A stretch of 64,000 bases of DNA from Vicugna vicugna (Eukaryota): the NCBI GenBank assembly GCA_013265495.1, contig MU058444.1:2356001-2420000 (forward strand), in the 5' to 3' direction. Position 1 is the stretch's first letter; each line of letters starts with the position of its first letter. Positions 1 to 13,010 of the stretch are shown in pieces. The position numbers were made by a program, and so were the translations under genes. The notes under the pieces were generated by a model that was not told where the DNA came from, did not search any database, and saw nothing but the letters and a program-made list of their open reading frames with translations.

Positions 1-110
1 TACATACATATATTCGTTTTCATACTCTTTTTGATTACAGGTTACTACAAGATATTGACAATTCCCTGTGCTACACAGTAAAAACTTGTTGGTTACCTAT
101 TTTATATATA
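1..110 (-). mobile_element. L1 3'UTR fragment
   Basis: ttacaggttactacaagatattg..ttccctgtgctacacagta. Confidence 0.8.
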
Positions 111-1535
111 GGGCTTTCCTTTTCTCCTTTCCTCCTCACCCTGATTTCTCACCTTACAACTTTCTTACTCCATGATGACTAAGCTGTGTCTATTCAGATA
201 AAAAAAGAGATCAGAGATTTGTTATTTAAGATGTATTGTAATCCCACAATTCCCCAGGGCTGAGGTTTAGAACACAAAGCTCAGTCTCCTTCTAAGGGGG
301 CATCATTCTTCTCATTAAAGTCAGAGTAGGGACAGGACTGCAATGAAGCGATGACTTTGCAAAGACAGTTTGAGTGTGTTTCTAAGGAAGCAGGTCTGTT
401 CTGTTTTTCAACCTACCTGGCTCCACAATTAGTGAAAAAGACATTTTAAAATATCAGCTGATGAAATACTTATACAATGTCTAGTAACACAAAATACTCT
501 CTTACTCAAAGTTATATACACCTAGGGAGATACAAAGAATCAGTGAAAATAACTAAGAACAAAAGGCAAACACTAAGCCACTCCCAGAAGAATCAGACGA
601 TGCCTGACACCCTGCTGATTCATCTTCCACTCCGCCTCCATCTTCAGACCCAAAAGCTTATCTTTATTATATTAAAAAAAGAAGCATCCAGGTTTTTAGG
701 AGCAGACCATGGGCCAGACAATTCTAAGACTCTCCAACCACACTCAGTCTTTTTCTCCTGAGGATAGACCATAACCACTCAAAAGGCAGATCAACAATTC
801 GATATTTAATCCAAATGATATTTTTTATTGGTGAAAATCAAAAATGTCTATGATTTCTCAACAGTAGAAGAAATCAAGTCTTGTTCATACTTCAGTAAAT
901 GAGAAGCTAATCTTCTGTTTCACAGAGACCAGGGCCAAGGGTGGGGGTGGGGGGACCACCCAACAAAAGGATGGAGAAGTTACCAAGAACGAATCCTAGC
1001 TAATGACTTTTCTGATTTCTCTTCTTTAAAACTCCAAAGAGCTGAAGAGCACGTGGAATTCCACTTTAAAATATATGTTCAAGTTAAATGTATAATTTTT
1101 GCCCTTCTGAACTCTTGAGACAAAGGTTTATGCTCAATAATGTTTAACCTTCTTGGAACGCAGGAGGAGAAAAGGCTGACAGTGCTATGTCACAGGTGCT
1201 TAGAGTTACAGTTCAAGGGACACAGTCACCCTGACAGCTAAGGAACAGGAGCACATTTACAACACTTACGCTGCCTATTTAAAAAGCAGCTTTTTTTTTT
1301 TTTTTTTGGCCGCAGCAGCAAGTTATACAGATTAATAGCATGAAAGCACACGTCCTGTAAGGACACCATTGCTTCTTAAAGATCCACACTTAGCTATCCA
1401 GTTTTAGTGAAGATTAACAGAGTTGGTTTTTGGTTTTTCAGCTTTTTTACATTTGGCAAAGCAGCTGAAAATTATAATCGATTCTCAATTATCCACGTCT
1501 ACCTCTAACAGGGCTTAGATAGAAATAAAACTCAG

Positions 1536-1610
1536 GAAGGAAAGAAGGAAGGAAGGAAGGAAGGAAGGAAGGAAGGAAGGAAGGAAGGAAGGAAGGAAGG
1601 AAGGAAGGAA
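1536..1610. repeat. (GGAA)n microsatellite
   Basis: Long near-perfect GGAA run. Confidence 0.95.
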
Positions 1611-4025
1611 ATTCACAGCTAATGATGGTTTCGAGCTGTCTTAAGCTTGTAACGAGCTAGAAATGTATCAGTTATCAGCTTACAGCCTTGTTTCGCAGCA
1701 GAGAAGTACCAGTGTGAGCAGCAGAATGAAAGCAATACTCTAGCTCTGGGAAACCACCTCCTGAGCAGAGTCCCATAATGGAATGTGATGTCAATATTAA
1801 AGATGAACTCAAATCGATCGGGCACCTCAGCAGCCTGCATTTCAGCCATCATCAAAATTTCATGAGCCCTGTGAGAAGGGACAAAGTGCCATTTGCTGGA
1901 ATAAAGTAACCCTGGGATGGAAGAACTCCACTTACTAAGGAAAACTGTCAGCCTAGGCATCCTCTGCGTTTCAGCAAGACAAAGTCACACTATGTGATGA
2001 CATGTTGCCTCTGGGTCAGTTTCATTTCAGAAACGCTTCTATTTTCATATCAATAAGTCTACACAGAACAAAGATAGCCATCTCGGGGGAAATCAGCTTT
2101 TAGATATTAAAGTGTAAGAGTATGCCTATATAACTGCCTCGTCTGTCTTGCAGTATTTGTTTAAATTTTAAAAAAGCACACTTTTAAACTATTCACCAGG
2201 ACGGTGTTATAAAATGTTTCAAGTAAAAAGCTGACAGATAAGCAAACAGTCCTTTGTTAAGAGGAAAAAAGAAATACACAGCATCAAAAGACAGCAATGA
2301 GAATGTTGCCCCCTTCCGTCTTTCTAAAAACCTTCTGATGCTAAATATCTGAAATCGGGCAACGTTATTAACAGAAATTTAAGCTCACTCTATGGAAAAC
2401 AAAAGCCAGAAGAGGGACTTGAAGCCGAGTGATGATGATGTAAACTGTAAATAAAGATGCGTTTCTTTTTTTTTTTAAGATGTGTTGTTTTTTATCGTTA
2501 TGGGAAAACTTGAAGCTTATGCAATAATTCAAAATTGTAAAGGATGACCGTTTACACACACCCATCTTCAGCAGCTACCACCTCCAGGTCGGTGCTGTTT
2601 GGACGAGACCCCACCCCCGTTTCCTCGTCCCTCCCTCCCTCACCCCCCGCCACACTGGATTATTTTTGAAGCAACCCCTAAGAATCTTATTATCTCATTA
2701 CTAAATATTGTAGTCCATATCTCTTAAAGATAAGAATGTTCTTAACAAAATCACAAAACCATTACCAATCAAAACATTAATATAAATTTCTTAATACCAT
2801 CAAATACCCAATCGGTCCCCAGTTTTCTCAAGAATTCTTTTTTACATTTGTTTTATTCATCCAAACAAGCCTGACCCATGATGTTGGTTGGGGGGGGGGG
2901 TCTCTTCAATCTTTTTTGACCTACAGATCACCCGCCTGCTTTTTAGTTCTTACAATTTATGTGTTGAAGAAATAGGAGTGTTTGCCCCAAACTTCCCCCA
3001 GAGTCTGGATTTGCTAACTGTATCTTCAGCATCATTTCAAACGTCGCTCCGCCCTCCGTGTCTCCGTGTGCACCTGTCCTTAGCACTTAGATCATGTGTT
3101 ACTCCCTCTGGTCAGCAGGAGGCACGTGATGTGTGGCTGTCTCTCCTGCGGGTGTCAGCAGTCGCTGCCCATCACTGTCCAGGTCACGGTTCCTTAGGGT
3201 TCGCAACATGTGACATCTCATTCCATCATTCCTTCCTCCCTCCGCAACTATCTGCTGACTGTGTAGAGTAAGTCTTCCAGCAAACACACGATGATGCTTG
3301 ATTCTTTCCCTTTACCATTTTCCAGAACGTGAGTTAGTTCATTTAGCATTCGCCACAGGGCAGTGATGAGGGTGTGCTTGGTTTTTCAATAGCATAAGTC
3401 ATGGATTTTACACACTGATGTGAGCCAGTCGCTGCGGTAGTTATGCTTCCTGGTGGGGCAGCAGGAGCCTCTCCAAGTTTACTCCTGGTTCTTCCGAGGA
3501 GACCATGGTAATCTCTGACGCTTCCTTGTCTTCTCGTGTGACTAGATGTGCCGGGTTCCTTCTACCCTTCTCCTTCCAGACCTGAAATCAGCCATTTCTC
3601 CAGGGAGCCTGTGACAGCTGCTGAGTGCCCGGCGCCCCGCCCTCCATCCGCCCGTGCACCCTCGAGCTGCTGGAGCGCTGGCCACTTATGCTCACAGCTG
3701 CCCCCTGTGCAGAGCACTCCCCTGGGCCACACCGAGCCTCCCCACACTCCCTGCTCGGGAGCCCACAGCCAGTGACTAACGCCAGTGGCAACAAACAGCA
3801 GGTTTCCAGTCAAGAGGAACTCTGTCCTGCAATTCATGCCCCGGAGCCAACGTGGGACCGGGGAGGGCCAGCCCCCACCCCAAGCCCGCACCCTCGCTCG
3901 CTGGCTCTGCCCCCACCCATCCTGCTCATCTTACTCCCCTCCTGACACTCTCCCTCCACAAATCACTTTCACAGCAGCGCCGCTGACCCAGGACCCAAGG
4001 CTTAGTTTGTTTCCGTAAGAAATGA

Positions 4026-4360
4026 CAAAGGGAATTATAGCCATTGTCTTGTAATAACCTACAGTGGAGTATAATCTGCAAAAATGCTGAATCACCATGC
4101 TGCACACCTGAAACTAACATAATACTGTAAGTCCACATATAAAATAGGGAAACAAGGTCCTACTGTACAGCACAGGGAACTATATTCAATTCCTTTGTAA
4201 TAGCCTATAATGAAAAAGAATATGAAAAGGAATATATATATGTATAACTGAATCACTAAGCTGTATGCTGGAAATTAACACATTGTAAATCAACTATACT
4301 TCGATGATAAAAAACACTGTAAGTCAACTATACGTCAATTTAAAAAGCTAATTTTTCTTA
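4026..4360 (+). mobile_element. L1 3'-end fragment nested inside another L1 3'-end fragment
   Basis: Inner element about 4134-4312 flanked by near-identical actgtaagtc; outer flanked by aagaaatga. Confidence 0.75.
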
Positions 4361-4751
4361 AAGAAATGATGTTTGGATACATAACATAGGCATCTCTACT
4401 AGACTGGTCACTGTTTCCAGTCCTGTTCAGTGGGCAGAGACAGGAAACACATTTTTTTAAAGAAAAAATTCATTATGAGCTCAAACTGACATTTCCAGTT
4501 CAATTTAGGGTTACAGGGATTTAGTTACCTAACTTCTCTGATTTCACACCTCATCTCCTCTCTCTCCCAACTGAAGATCCTGGCTCTGAACAACATCAGT
4601 GTATCTATTTGCTAAATAAAGTTAATAAATGGATTATGAAATAATACAATCTTTCAAATTGAAATACAGGTTTAAAGTGTTAAAACGATGATCAATCTTG
4701 CTTATTCCAGAATATGTTTTAACTCACATTCCAACGCATTCTACAATAGCC

Positions 4752-4912
4752 TTTTTTTAAGTACAGTCAGTTATGTGTCAACTGCTGATGTACAGCACAG
4801 TGTCCCAGTTATGCATGTACATACATACATTCATTTTTACATTTTTTCATTAAAGGTTATTACAAGATATTGAATATAGTTCCCTGTGCTCTACAGAAGA
4901 AATCTGTTTTTC
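4752..4912 (-). mobile_element. L1 3'UTR fragment
   Basis: Same 3'UTR motifs; TSD acaatagcc on both sides. Confidence 0.8.
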
Positions 4913-5447
4913 CACAATAGCCCCTAAAACTTCAACTAAGACTTCACATTAAGTAGTTTCTCATTTTTAAGGATAATGATACTAACCGTCATTTCACTCG
5001 TATGACACAACGTCTTCCCACGTGACATTCAATCACAGTCACGCCCACACTGGCTGTATAAGGACATGTCTTCCAATTACTAAATCCGTCTTTTTCTTTG
5101 CATTTGCTGCTTGTTATTATCTCTTATTTACCTTGTGCCGTTTTATGTAAAATAAAGTAAATGCGTCTCCTCTGATGTTCTTATCGTTTGAGCCCTTATT
5201 CTATGAACGTTTACTGTTGTTCTTCTGCCTGTTTCTCTGCAGTTAATGTTTAAACCCAATTTCTTTTCCATTGCAGTCAAATGCATAAAACATAAAATCT
5301 ACCATCTTAACTTTTTTAAAGTATAGTTCAGTAATATACAGCACATTCACCTTGTGGGGCAACCCATCTCCAAACTCTTAATCTCTCAAGATTGAAATGT
5401 CAGATTTACCCAGCAACTCCCCGTTCCCTCCTCCCATCAGCCCCTGG

Positions 5448-5982
5448 TAAGACAGGAGGTGGGGGCAGGGCACCACCTTTAAAAGAACGACACGGCCTTC
5501 AAGGATACAACATGCACTGGTTAGAACCAACTAGCCCCAAGATGGCGGGGGATTCAACTTCCAGGAGACTCTGAGCCTCATTAGACGCTCTGCTAAATGA
5601 CACACCCACAGGCCCCATGACAGTTCCTAGGCTGACCATGAAAGGCCCAAAAGTGGGTGGTGGCCCAAAAGTGGGTGGTGGCCCAATTCATGGAAATCGT
5701 CACCTCTTCCCCCAAAGAGTTGGAATAATCCTCCCACTCATTAGCATATGAAAATATCCAGCCCATAAAAGCTAACCACGCCCACACCCCCGAGGCCTCC
5801 TGGCCTCCTGAGACAGCCCACACTCTGTCTGTGGAGTGTGTATCTCTCTGAATAAATCTTCCTTCACTCTTGAATTCCTGCCTGCCTGAAACCAAGGACC
5901 CTCATTTGGCATGGCGCATCCCAGGGACTCACCCAAGGCCTGGGACACAGCCATCCTCTCACACCTGCATTCTCCTGCAACA
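5448..5982 (+). mobile_element. MER41-like ERV1 solo LTR
   Basis: Motifs shared with recalled MER41 (ccaagatggcg, gcctcatta, gacacacccac..ccatgacagtt, gaataatcc..ttagcatat). AATAAA at 5851; ends ..gcaaca; 4-bp TSD ctgg at 5444-5447 and 5983-5986. Confidence 0.85.
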
Positions 5983-6662
5983 CTGGTACCCACCATTCTA
6001 CTTCCTGTCTCTACGATTTTGCTATTCTAGGGACCTCATACACTATCGGTCCTTTTGCGACTGGCTCGTTTCACTTAGCATAATGTCCACAAGGTCCATC
6101 CGTGTAACAGGTGAGTCAGAATTTCCTCCCATTTTAAGGCTGAATGGTATTCCACTGCACGTACACACCACATTGTTTATTTATTTTTCACTGATGCACA
6201 CTTGGGTTGCTGCTACCTTTTGGCGACGAGGCCTCCTGGCCTCCTGAGACAGCCCACACTCTGTCTGTGGAGTGTGTATCTCTCTGAATAAATCTTCCTT
6301 CACTCTTGAATTCCTGCCTGCCTGAAACCAAGGACCCTCATTTGGCATGGCGCATCCCAGGGACTCACCCAAGGCCTGGGACACAGCCATCCTCTCACAC
6401 CTGCATTCTCCTGCAACACTGGTACCCACCATTCTACTTCCTGTCTCTACGATTTTGCTATTCTAGGGACCTCATACACTATCGGTCCTTTTGCGACTGG
6501 CTCGTTTCACTTAGCATAATGTCCACAAGGTCCATCCGTGTAACAGGTGAGTCAGAATTTCCTCCCATTTTAAGGCTGAATGGTATTCCACTGCACGTAC
6601 ACACCACATTGTTTATTTATTTTTCACTGATGCACACTTGGGTTGCTGCTACCTTTTGGCGA
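5791..6662. repeat. Exact tandem duplication, 2 x 436 bp (5791-6226, 6227-6662)
   Basis: Units look identical by eye. The ORFs at 5870 and 6306 are offset by 436 nt and translate identically up to the junction. Confidence 0.95.
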
Positions 6663-7758
6663 GCACAGATAATGCCGCTGTGAACATGGGTGCCCAAATG
6701 TCTCTTCAAGACCCTGCTTCCACTCCTCTGGGGTGTATATCCAGAAGTGAGATTGCTAGGCCTTACAGTTTCTGCTTTTGATTTTTTCTTTCTTTTTTTT
6801 TTTTTTTTGAGAAACTGCCACACCGTCCTTCCATAGCAGCCACACCATTTTACCTTCCCAGTAACAGTGCACAGAGTATTTAAACCTCCCTTGACCACCC
6901 GATTGACTTAGGGATCTGACCGTCGTCCACCACAGTGATGCTCAGCGACACGTGGCAGGGTCAATGCTGACAGGTCAGTGACATTCCCCAGCGTCAGAGC
7001 TGCTTCGCTACTTGGCCATTTGATAACGGAGCAGGATGTGCGGAGGCTGCGGCAGGGGCTTGGTAGGAACAGACCAAAGTGGACTTGCCGATACACGGCT
7101 CCCAAGGGCGGCCAGTTCAGATTGTGCGGGCTGTGAGCACGCTCAACGATAAACCGCCACTCCTTGGGAATGAGTCAGGATAGAACATGTGGGATCCCTC
7201 CAGTCTGCTGGACTCTGCGGCCTTGTTCCTGAAATCTCTCCCCCAGCTCCCCCAACAGACTGCAGGGCCAAGGATGCCCGCCTCCATCCAGACTTACGAC
7301 CTGGGTCCGCCCCTCACCGAGACTCGGCTTTGTCAGAACGGGTTAACGATATATGCTCCACCCAACGTACAAACTGGCCGTGCAGATTAAATGAGATAAT
7401 GAGCGTGAACACACTTTTTAAAATATGACACGTTCCTGCCAAGCAGCGGTCTTCCTGAAACATCCCTGTCATCTCCAGGACTGACCTCTCCTCTCCCAAG
7501 GCGCAAACTAAATTCTGTTTGGATATGCTCAACAGTTCCATTTCCCTAGTTTGATTTTCTCGAGCCACACTCATCACCTCACAAATGAAAAAAAAAAAAA
7601 AAAGAGAGAGAGAGAGAGAGAAGGGAAAAAACCCCACAACATTGTAAACCGACCATACATCAATCATAATATAAAATATAACTTTATATATATAGATATA
7701 TAATATGGGGCCTTACATTAGTAAGAGAACTCAGATAGATTTTTACAACTCACCAGGA

Positions 7759-8154
7759 TGTGGGGCCAAGTGGTGTCCTTGCAAGTCCAGTGACCCCCAT
7801 TCCTGGGCTCTCAGAGGTCTGCCTGTGACCTCAACAGATAAAGTACATTCTTTACTGGGCGTGTTTCCCCTAACAAACGAATAGCCCTAGGGAATGCCTA
7901 ATCTCACAATAGCTCGGCTGCCTTGTGTCTGCCCACCTGATCAGAGTCATAAACCCCACCAGCCCTTCCTGGACGACCTTATAAAACACCCCAGTAGCCC
8001 GCCCTCGGTGCGCACACAGGCACCTCTCGCCTGCGTGGCCTGCTGTGGTCTATGTCAGGGTAACCTAATAAAGCCCTTTTCTGTTTTCATTCTTTGTCTT
8101 TGGTAAGTTCTTTTCCCACCCACGACACCGGCCGACCTCATCTTGTCCCTGACA
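7759..8154 (+). mobile_element. Intact solo LTR (396 bp)
   Basis: TG...CA termini; 5-bp TSD cagga at 7754-7758 and 8155-8159; TATAAAA at 7980; AATAAA at 8067. Confidence 0.9.
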
Positions 8155-8569
8155 CAGGAGGGGTCCAGCAGCGACATCTGGGAGAACTGAGAGTTAGATG
8201 GAGGAGAAAAGGTCCAGAGAGATGGAATCAGCCCAGAAAAGAAACAGCTCTTTGATTCTCACGTACAATTAACTTGCTACCAATTCAAGCCAGCAAACAA
8301 AGGGAGCTCTCATCCCTGAAAGCGCTGGAGGGAAGGGGAACCAGACAAGCTCGAGGTCTCTTAACAGCTCGATTTCTCAAGACTGAGAGGAACACAGAGC
8401 AGTGGGGCTGCTTCACCCTCTTCCAAGATGATGCAACAGGAAATCGTCTTCAGTTATAACCCACGAGATCTGGGGCCAAGATCAAGGAGTCATTCCAGGC
8501 CAAGACGGCTGTCAAAGAGATTTCCCAGGGAAACTTTGAGTGTGTCCTTTAAAATAAAGACGTTTAGAA

Positions 8570-8573
8570 TACA

Positions 8574-8608
<35 letters not shown>

Positions 8609-8708
8609 GTATGTGCATGATTGGGACACTGTGCTGTACACCAGAAATTGACACATTGTAACTGATGGTACTTCAATTAATAAATAATTAAATATAAAAT
8701 AAAATAAA
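8570..8708 (+). mobile_element. L1 3' terminal fragment with (GT)n(AT)n
   Basis: tgctgtacaccagaaattgacacattgtaactga..cttcaattaa; aaaataaaga on both sides. Confidence 0.7.
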
Positions 8709-9932
8709 GAGGCTTATCCCCATCTTCCCGGAGCAATCTGAAGATCATTCAGGTGAGAGGCAACGTAATAAACTAGACCATCTTTGAAGGCGTTTTCTTT
8801 TTAGCACTTTGATCCACAGTTGTCCATGAAAACTGGGAAAGCATGCGTGGCGATCTAGAAGTTTTCTTTAAGTTTCCTTCATTCAGAGATTAGAGAATTT
8901 AAGGTTTTTAAGACAACGAGTGAGGTTGTGTAGAAGACAGACAAAGACTGGCAACAGGCCCTGCTGCGTCAAAATGCTGACTGGGAAGAGAATCGTCAGT
9001 GGGGAGATGTGCCTAATGTCCTCCGAGGATAACGCGTGAATCCCCTCCCTGAGTTCATCTGGTCTCATGAACCGTGTGAGAAACTAAACTCTACCCGCGT
9101 GAGCAGTGTTCATTTAACACAGTCCACCCTCCCTGCATGCTCCTGTGCACCAATTATTGTACACCTACTGAGAGCAGATTCATAATAAACGAAACCTTCT
9201 GCGAGGTTCTAGAAGGGAGACTTAGCAACGTGTAGCAAAGACCAGTAAGTTGAATGGACATAATTTCATAATAATCCTTTTGAGGCAGCTAGCAAAAGAA
9301 ATCTGACTCTACTGATTCAACTAACTCTCTAGAAGTCCGAAGAGGAAGAGGAAACAAACATTTCCCCTAGAAGTGTCGTTGTCTTTGCCAATTAATTAAG
9401 CCTAAGTAGGGTATGGGCTATAGGTTCAGCCTTCCAGAGGAAGTGACAGGTCCGGAGGTTATGCAAATAAAGCCGCCTGGGGCGAAGCGCTGCAGAAGGA
9501 AGGGGAAAGGGAGACCGCTTCACAACCGGAGCAGGAGAGGAACCGAGCAACACCCTACCCCTCGGTCAGCGCCAGCGAGGGCATGTTGGTCAGTCTCCTC
9601 GATGCTGCCGCAAGCTCCCAATAGCAAAGCCTGTTAACACTGATTTAAAAATATAAAAACTATGCAATGTTCCAAAATGCCTGCAGCCTCTCCATGACCT
9701 CAGCTGCAATCAGAGAAGCAGAAAATTGTCCCAAGACTCAAACACCAAACCCAACAACTGAAGGAAATGGGAGGGTGAGGTCAAGGAAGTGGCTTAGCTG
9801 GAGAAAGAGCAAGGCTGGGAAGGGGTCATCAGTGTCCCTTCCTGCAACTCTCTCCCGTTTCTACCTGAGATGCCTTAGATGAATATCCTTAACTGAAAGT
9901 CAAGAGCCCTGGACTCTGCCCAAGGCATCAGT

Positions 9933-9945
9933 GTTTCTTTTTTTT

Positions 9946-9977
<32 letters not shown>

Positions 9978-10007
9978 TTTTTCTTTTTTCTTTCTTTTTT
10001 TTTTTTT
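9933..10007. repeat. Poly-T / low-complexity tract
   Basis: About 75 nt of T with sparse C. Confidence 0.9.
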
Positions 10008-11011
10008 GGTATACTCAAGGGTATGTTTTCTGTCACTGAAAACAACAGATGTATTCAGAGTGTGTACTTTATTAAACTGTATTTCCCCCACCCCACCCCC
10101 TACCTCTGGCAACCACCCATCGGCTGTCAGCATCTGTACTTCTGAGGGAGGAGCAGGAAGTTAAAGGGAACCTCAGTCCTCTTCCTGACTGCTCAGCTCT
10201 GAAGGACCCCAACCCAGCCCCCAACCCCCTTCTCCGTCAGTATTCACTTCCTGGGTCACCGGACCAGGCTCATGGATTTGATAACATCCACGTACGAACA
10301 ACTCCATGATATCCAGAGCCTAGGGAATCTAGCAGATACTTCAGACTTCACATATCCAAACTGGAAGTGTGATTTCCATCTCTCAACCCAAACCCACTTC
10401 TGCGTTCAGACACCATATGTGGCAGATGCTCTAGACCAGGTGACATGGTCCCCGGAGAAGTCAAGGTCTAGGGGAAGAACGGGAGGAAGGAAGGAATTAC
10501 TGTCACTGCATGTTCATTCCATGTGTCAGCTCATTCTCACCCCCCAGTGAGGCCGCCACTGTCATCACCACTTCACAGCAGGAAGGCTGAGTCTCAAGGA
10601 GCTGAACAGCTGGGCAGAGATGACCACATAAGTTTTGTACTCTCCACGGTCCCCATCTGTCCCCTCTGAACCTGCCCACTCCTGCCCTGCTCTGTCCCCG
10701 GGATCCTGATGTCTGTCATGCACATCACCCAGCACCCCACCCCCACAACGGAAAGGACCAGCAGGAGCTGGGAGGGCAGCACAGTGACTCCTACCTCCCA
10801 GCCCCCGGGCTCCTTGCCTGACTCCCTGGGTTCTGACCAGGTTGCACTTCTCAGCCCAGCCCCGCTCCTTACCAGGACCCAGTAGGACCACGGCCTTCTG
10901 CTGCCCCTGCAGGCCAGCAGTGGTAAGAGGGAGGGACTACTTGAAGGTTGGGGATCAACCTCAGCCCCACCCATACTTCTGGAGATAGTCCTTCTGATAG
11001 GAGCAGGACTA

Positions 11012-11102
11012 TTTCTTTATTTTTTAATAGAGGTACTGGGGATTGAACCCAGGACCTTGTGCATGTTAAGCATGCCCTCTGCCACTGGGCTAAACCTTCT
11101 CT
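11012..11102 (-). mobile_element. tRNA-derived SINE (Vic-1-like)
   Basis: gaggtactggggattgaacccaggacc..ccactgggcta; A/B boxes on the minus strand. Confidence 0.85.
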
Positions 11103-11125
11103 GCTCTGTCTCTCCAGTTCTTGTT

Positions 11126-11418
11126 TGTAGGAAATAGGCTTCATTCAGCCTCCTTGAGTACCCTGAGTTCCAAAGGGCAGATTCAAACAGTTGTTAGTCA
11201 GGGAAGGGAGGAACAGCCAAGAAACAATAGCACAGCCTTGGTGCAGGGTCCTGGTTCCTCCTCAAGGAACAGATAGAACAATATCTTTAAGTTCTTCTGC
11301 AGGAACTAAGGTCCCCAGCTCCCTCCTGCCTCTCGTTTACAGCTGGGCAGACTCTTCAGAGATGGTTTTTTGAGCGGACATTAGGTCCAGCATTCTGGTT
11401 AAAAGCAACTTTCCTTTT
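11126..11418 (+). mobile_element. Partial ERV1-type LTR (cetartiodactyl family)
   Basis: gattcaaacagttg..cagggaagggagg..aagaaacaatag..cagggtcctggttcc..aacaatatcttt resembles recalled ungulate LTRs. Confidence 0.6.
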
Positions 11419-11930
11419 TGTTACTAAGTCTGGTGCCCCCAGGATCATATCCCAGCCCCTCCCTTGACTAGAAACCAATGACCCTTACCCGTCTCAGGAG
11501 AAGAAGCCAGAACTGGTCAGAACCAATGGACCCCACGATGGCGGAGGATCTGCCGTCCAGTGGACCTTGAGCCTCATTATACGCTCACTGTAATGTATTA
11601 GGTGCTAAACGACATGCCCACCAGCACCATGACAGGTGATGGTTGCCATGACAACAGCCAGAAAAGCCCACACAAGGACAGAAAAGAAGGTGATTGGCTC
11701 CATCACACCAGCAGGAGGACATGATGGCGGAAGCCTCCCATCAAAGTCCATATGGCCGAGCCAGAGGTGGAGCTGTCCTGGCTGACGGCTCCACCCTCAA
11801 GAGCCTTTCTTTCCCTTTCCCCTTCCAAGCAATAAACTGGCTGTTCACTTTGTCTCTCTGCCTCTGCTGCACGAGTTCTTTCACAGCCAGCAGCAAGGGC
11901 CCACCCTCTGGTGAGCTTCCTAATAATTTA
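11419..11930 (+). mobile_element. MER41-related solo LTR
   Basis: Starts tgttac. Shares agaaccaa..gatggcgg..gagcctcattatacgctc..ccatgacag with the 5448 copy; AATAAA at 11831. End approximate. Confidence 0.7.
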
Positions 11931-12789
11931 GCGGTCCCTCCGTCTGCTAACACCTCCATCAGACTCTCAGCGTGCCAACTGCTTCCTGCCAGACACACAA
12001 AGCAGCAGTCGCACCCCGGTCCCCCTTACGACCGAGCCTGCTTTCTTCACTGGAGTAACTGGTACCTGTGTTGGAGACGTGTACAAAGCGCGGAGGACCA
12101 CAGCAAAACGCACCTCACTCTGATAAGAAGGATCGGAAAAGGCTTTTCTGAACCAGTCGCCTGATCATGAGTCAGTCAGTCCCAAGAGGTGAAACAGGCA
12201 AACAGGGAGTGAGGAGAGGCGTGAGGACTGTGTCTCATTACCCAGAGCAGTTACGGAGCCCGCTCACGAGACAGTGACGGGGCTTGAGAAGGTTTCTGTG
12301 ATGATCACTTACTTCTCCATCCTGACCCACTCGGGGAGATGCGAAGAGAGAATCAGCTCAATTCTGAGCAAGAGAACAAATGGCCTGTTCCCTCCCTTCA
12401 ACAGATCCCCTGTCACTGAAGATAAACCCAACTCATTAGCATAATATACAACCCCTTGAGGATGTGCCCTGCCTGACCCTTGGGTCTCATCTACCAGCTC
12501 CCCCTCCTGTTGTCCCTCGAGCCTGCTGCTCCTCCCAACCCCATCATGCCTCTGTGTTTGTGTTCACGATCTCCTCGTCAGAGCTGCCTCCCTCCACGCC
12601 CCACCCGATAAACTTCTCTTCTAGACTCATCTCAGGCATCTGCTTCTCTGCGAGTACTCCTGGCCCTGAGACGTTTCCCTAGTGCCTCATGCAGAGCCCA
12701 GACAGCACGTCCGCAGCACAGACCGGCACTGTACTCACTCATGGCCAGGTCTGTCCACCCACCCAGCTGTGACGTCCTGGGAGCAGGTT

Positions 12790-13010
12790 GCCCAGTAAGT
12801 GCTTGGGCTCTGGAGGCCGGCTGCCTAGATCCACACCCTAGACTCTGCCCCAACAACTAGGTCTACTTACACAAGTAACATACCCAAGCCTCAGTTTCGT
12901 CATCCAGAAAATGGGGATAATTAACAGCATCTATCTCCTAGGGCTGTTAAGGGACTCGTGTAGAATAATACCTGTTTCATAGTAAGCCCTCTATAATGGT
13001 TAGTTATTAA
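12790..13010 (+). mobile_element. MIR SINE
   Basis: Core gcctcagtttcgtcatccagaaaatggggataattaacagcatctatctcctagggctgtt. Confidence 0.75.

Larger units (their letters stand above)
5262..6880 (-). mobile_element. Old L1 3' region (L1MB-like), interrupted by an LTR and partly duplicated
   Basis: cagcccctgg..cccaccattctacttcctgtctcta, tttcacttagcataatgtcc, gagaaactgccacaccg. Confidence 0.8.

Noticed and set aside
1619..1960. 113-aa minus-strand ORF as an alternative DST first exon
   Set aside because: No match to the DST N-termini I recall, ends in its own stop codon, and no supporting promoter or splice pattern.
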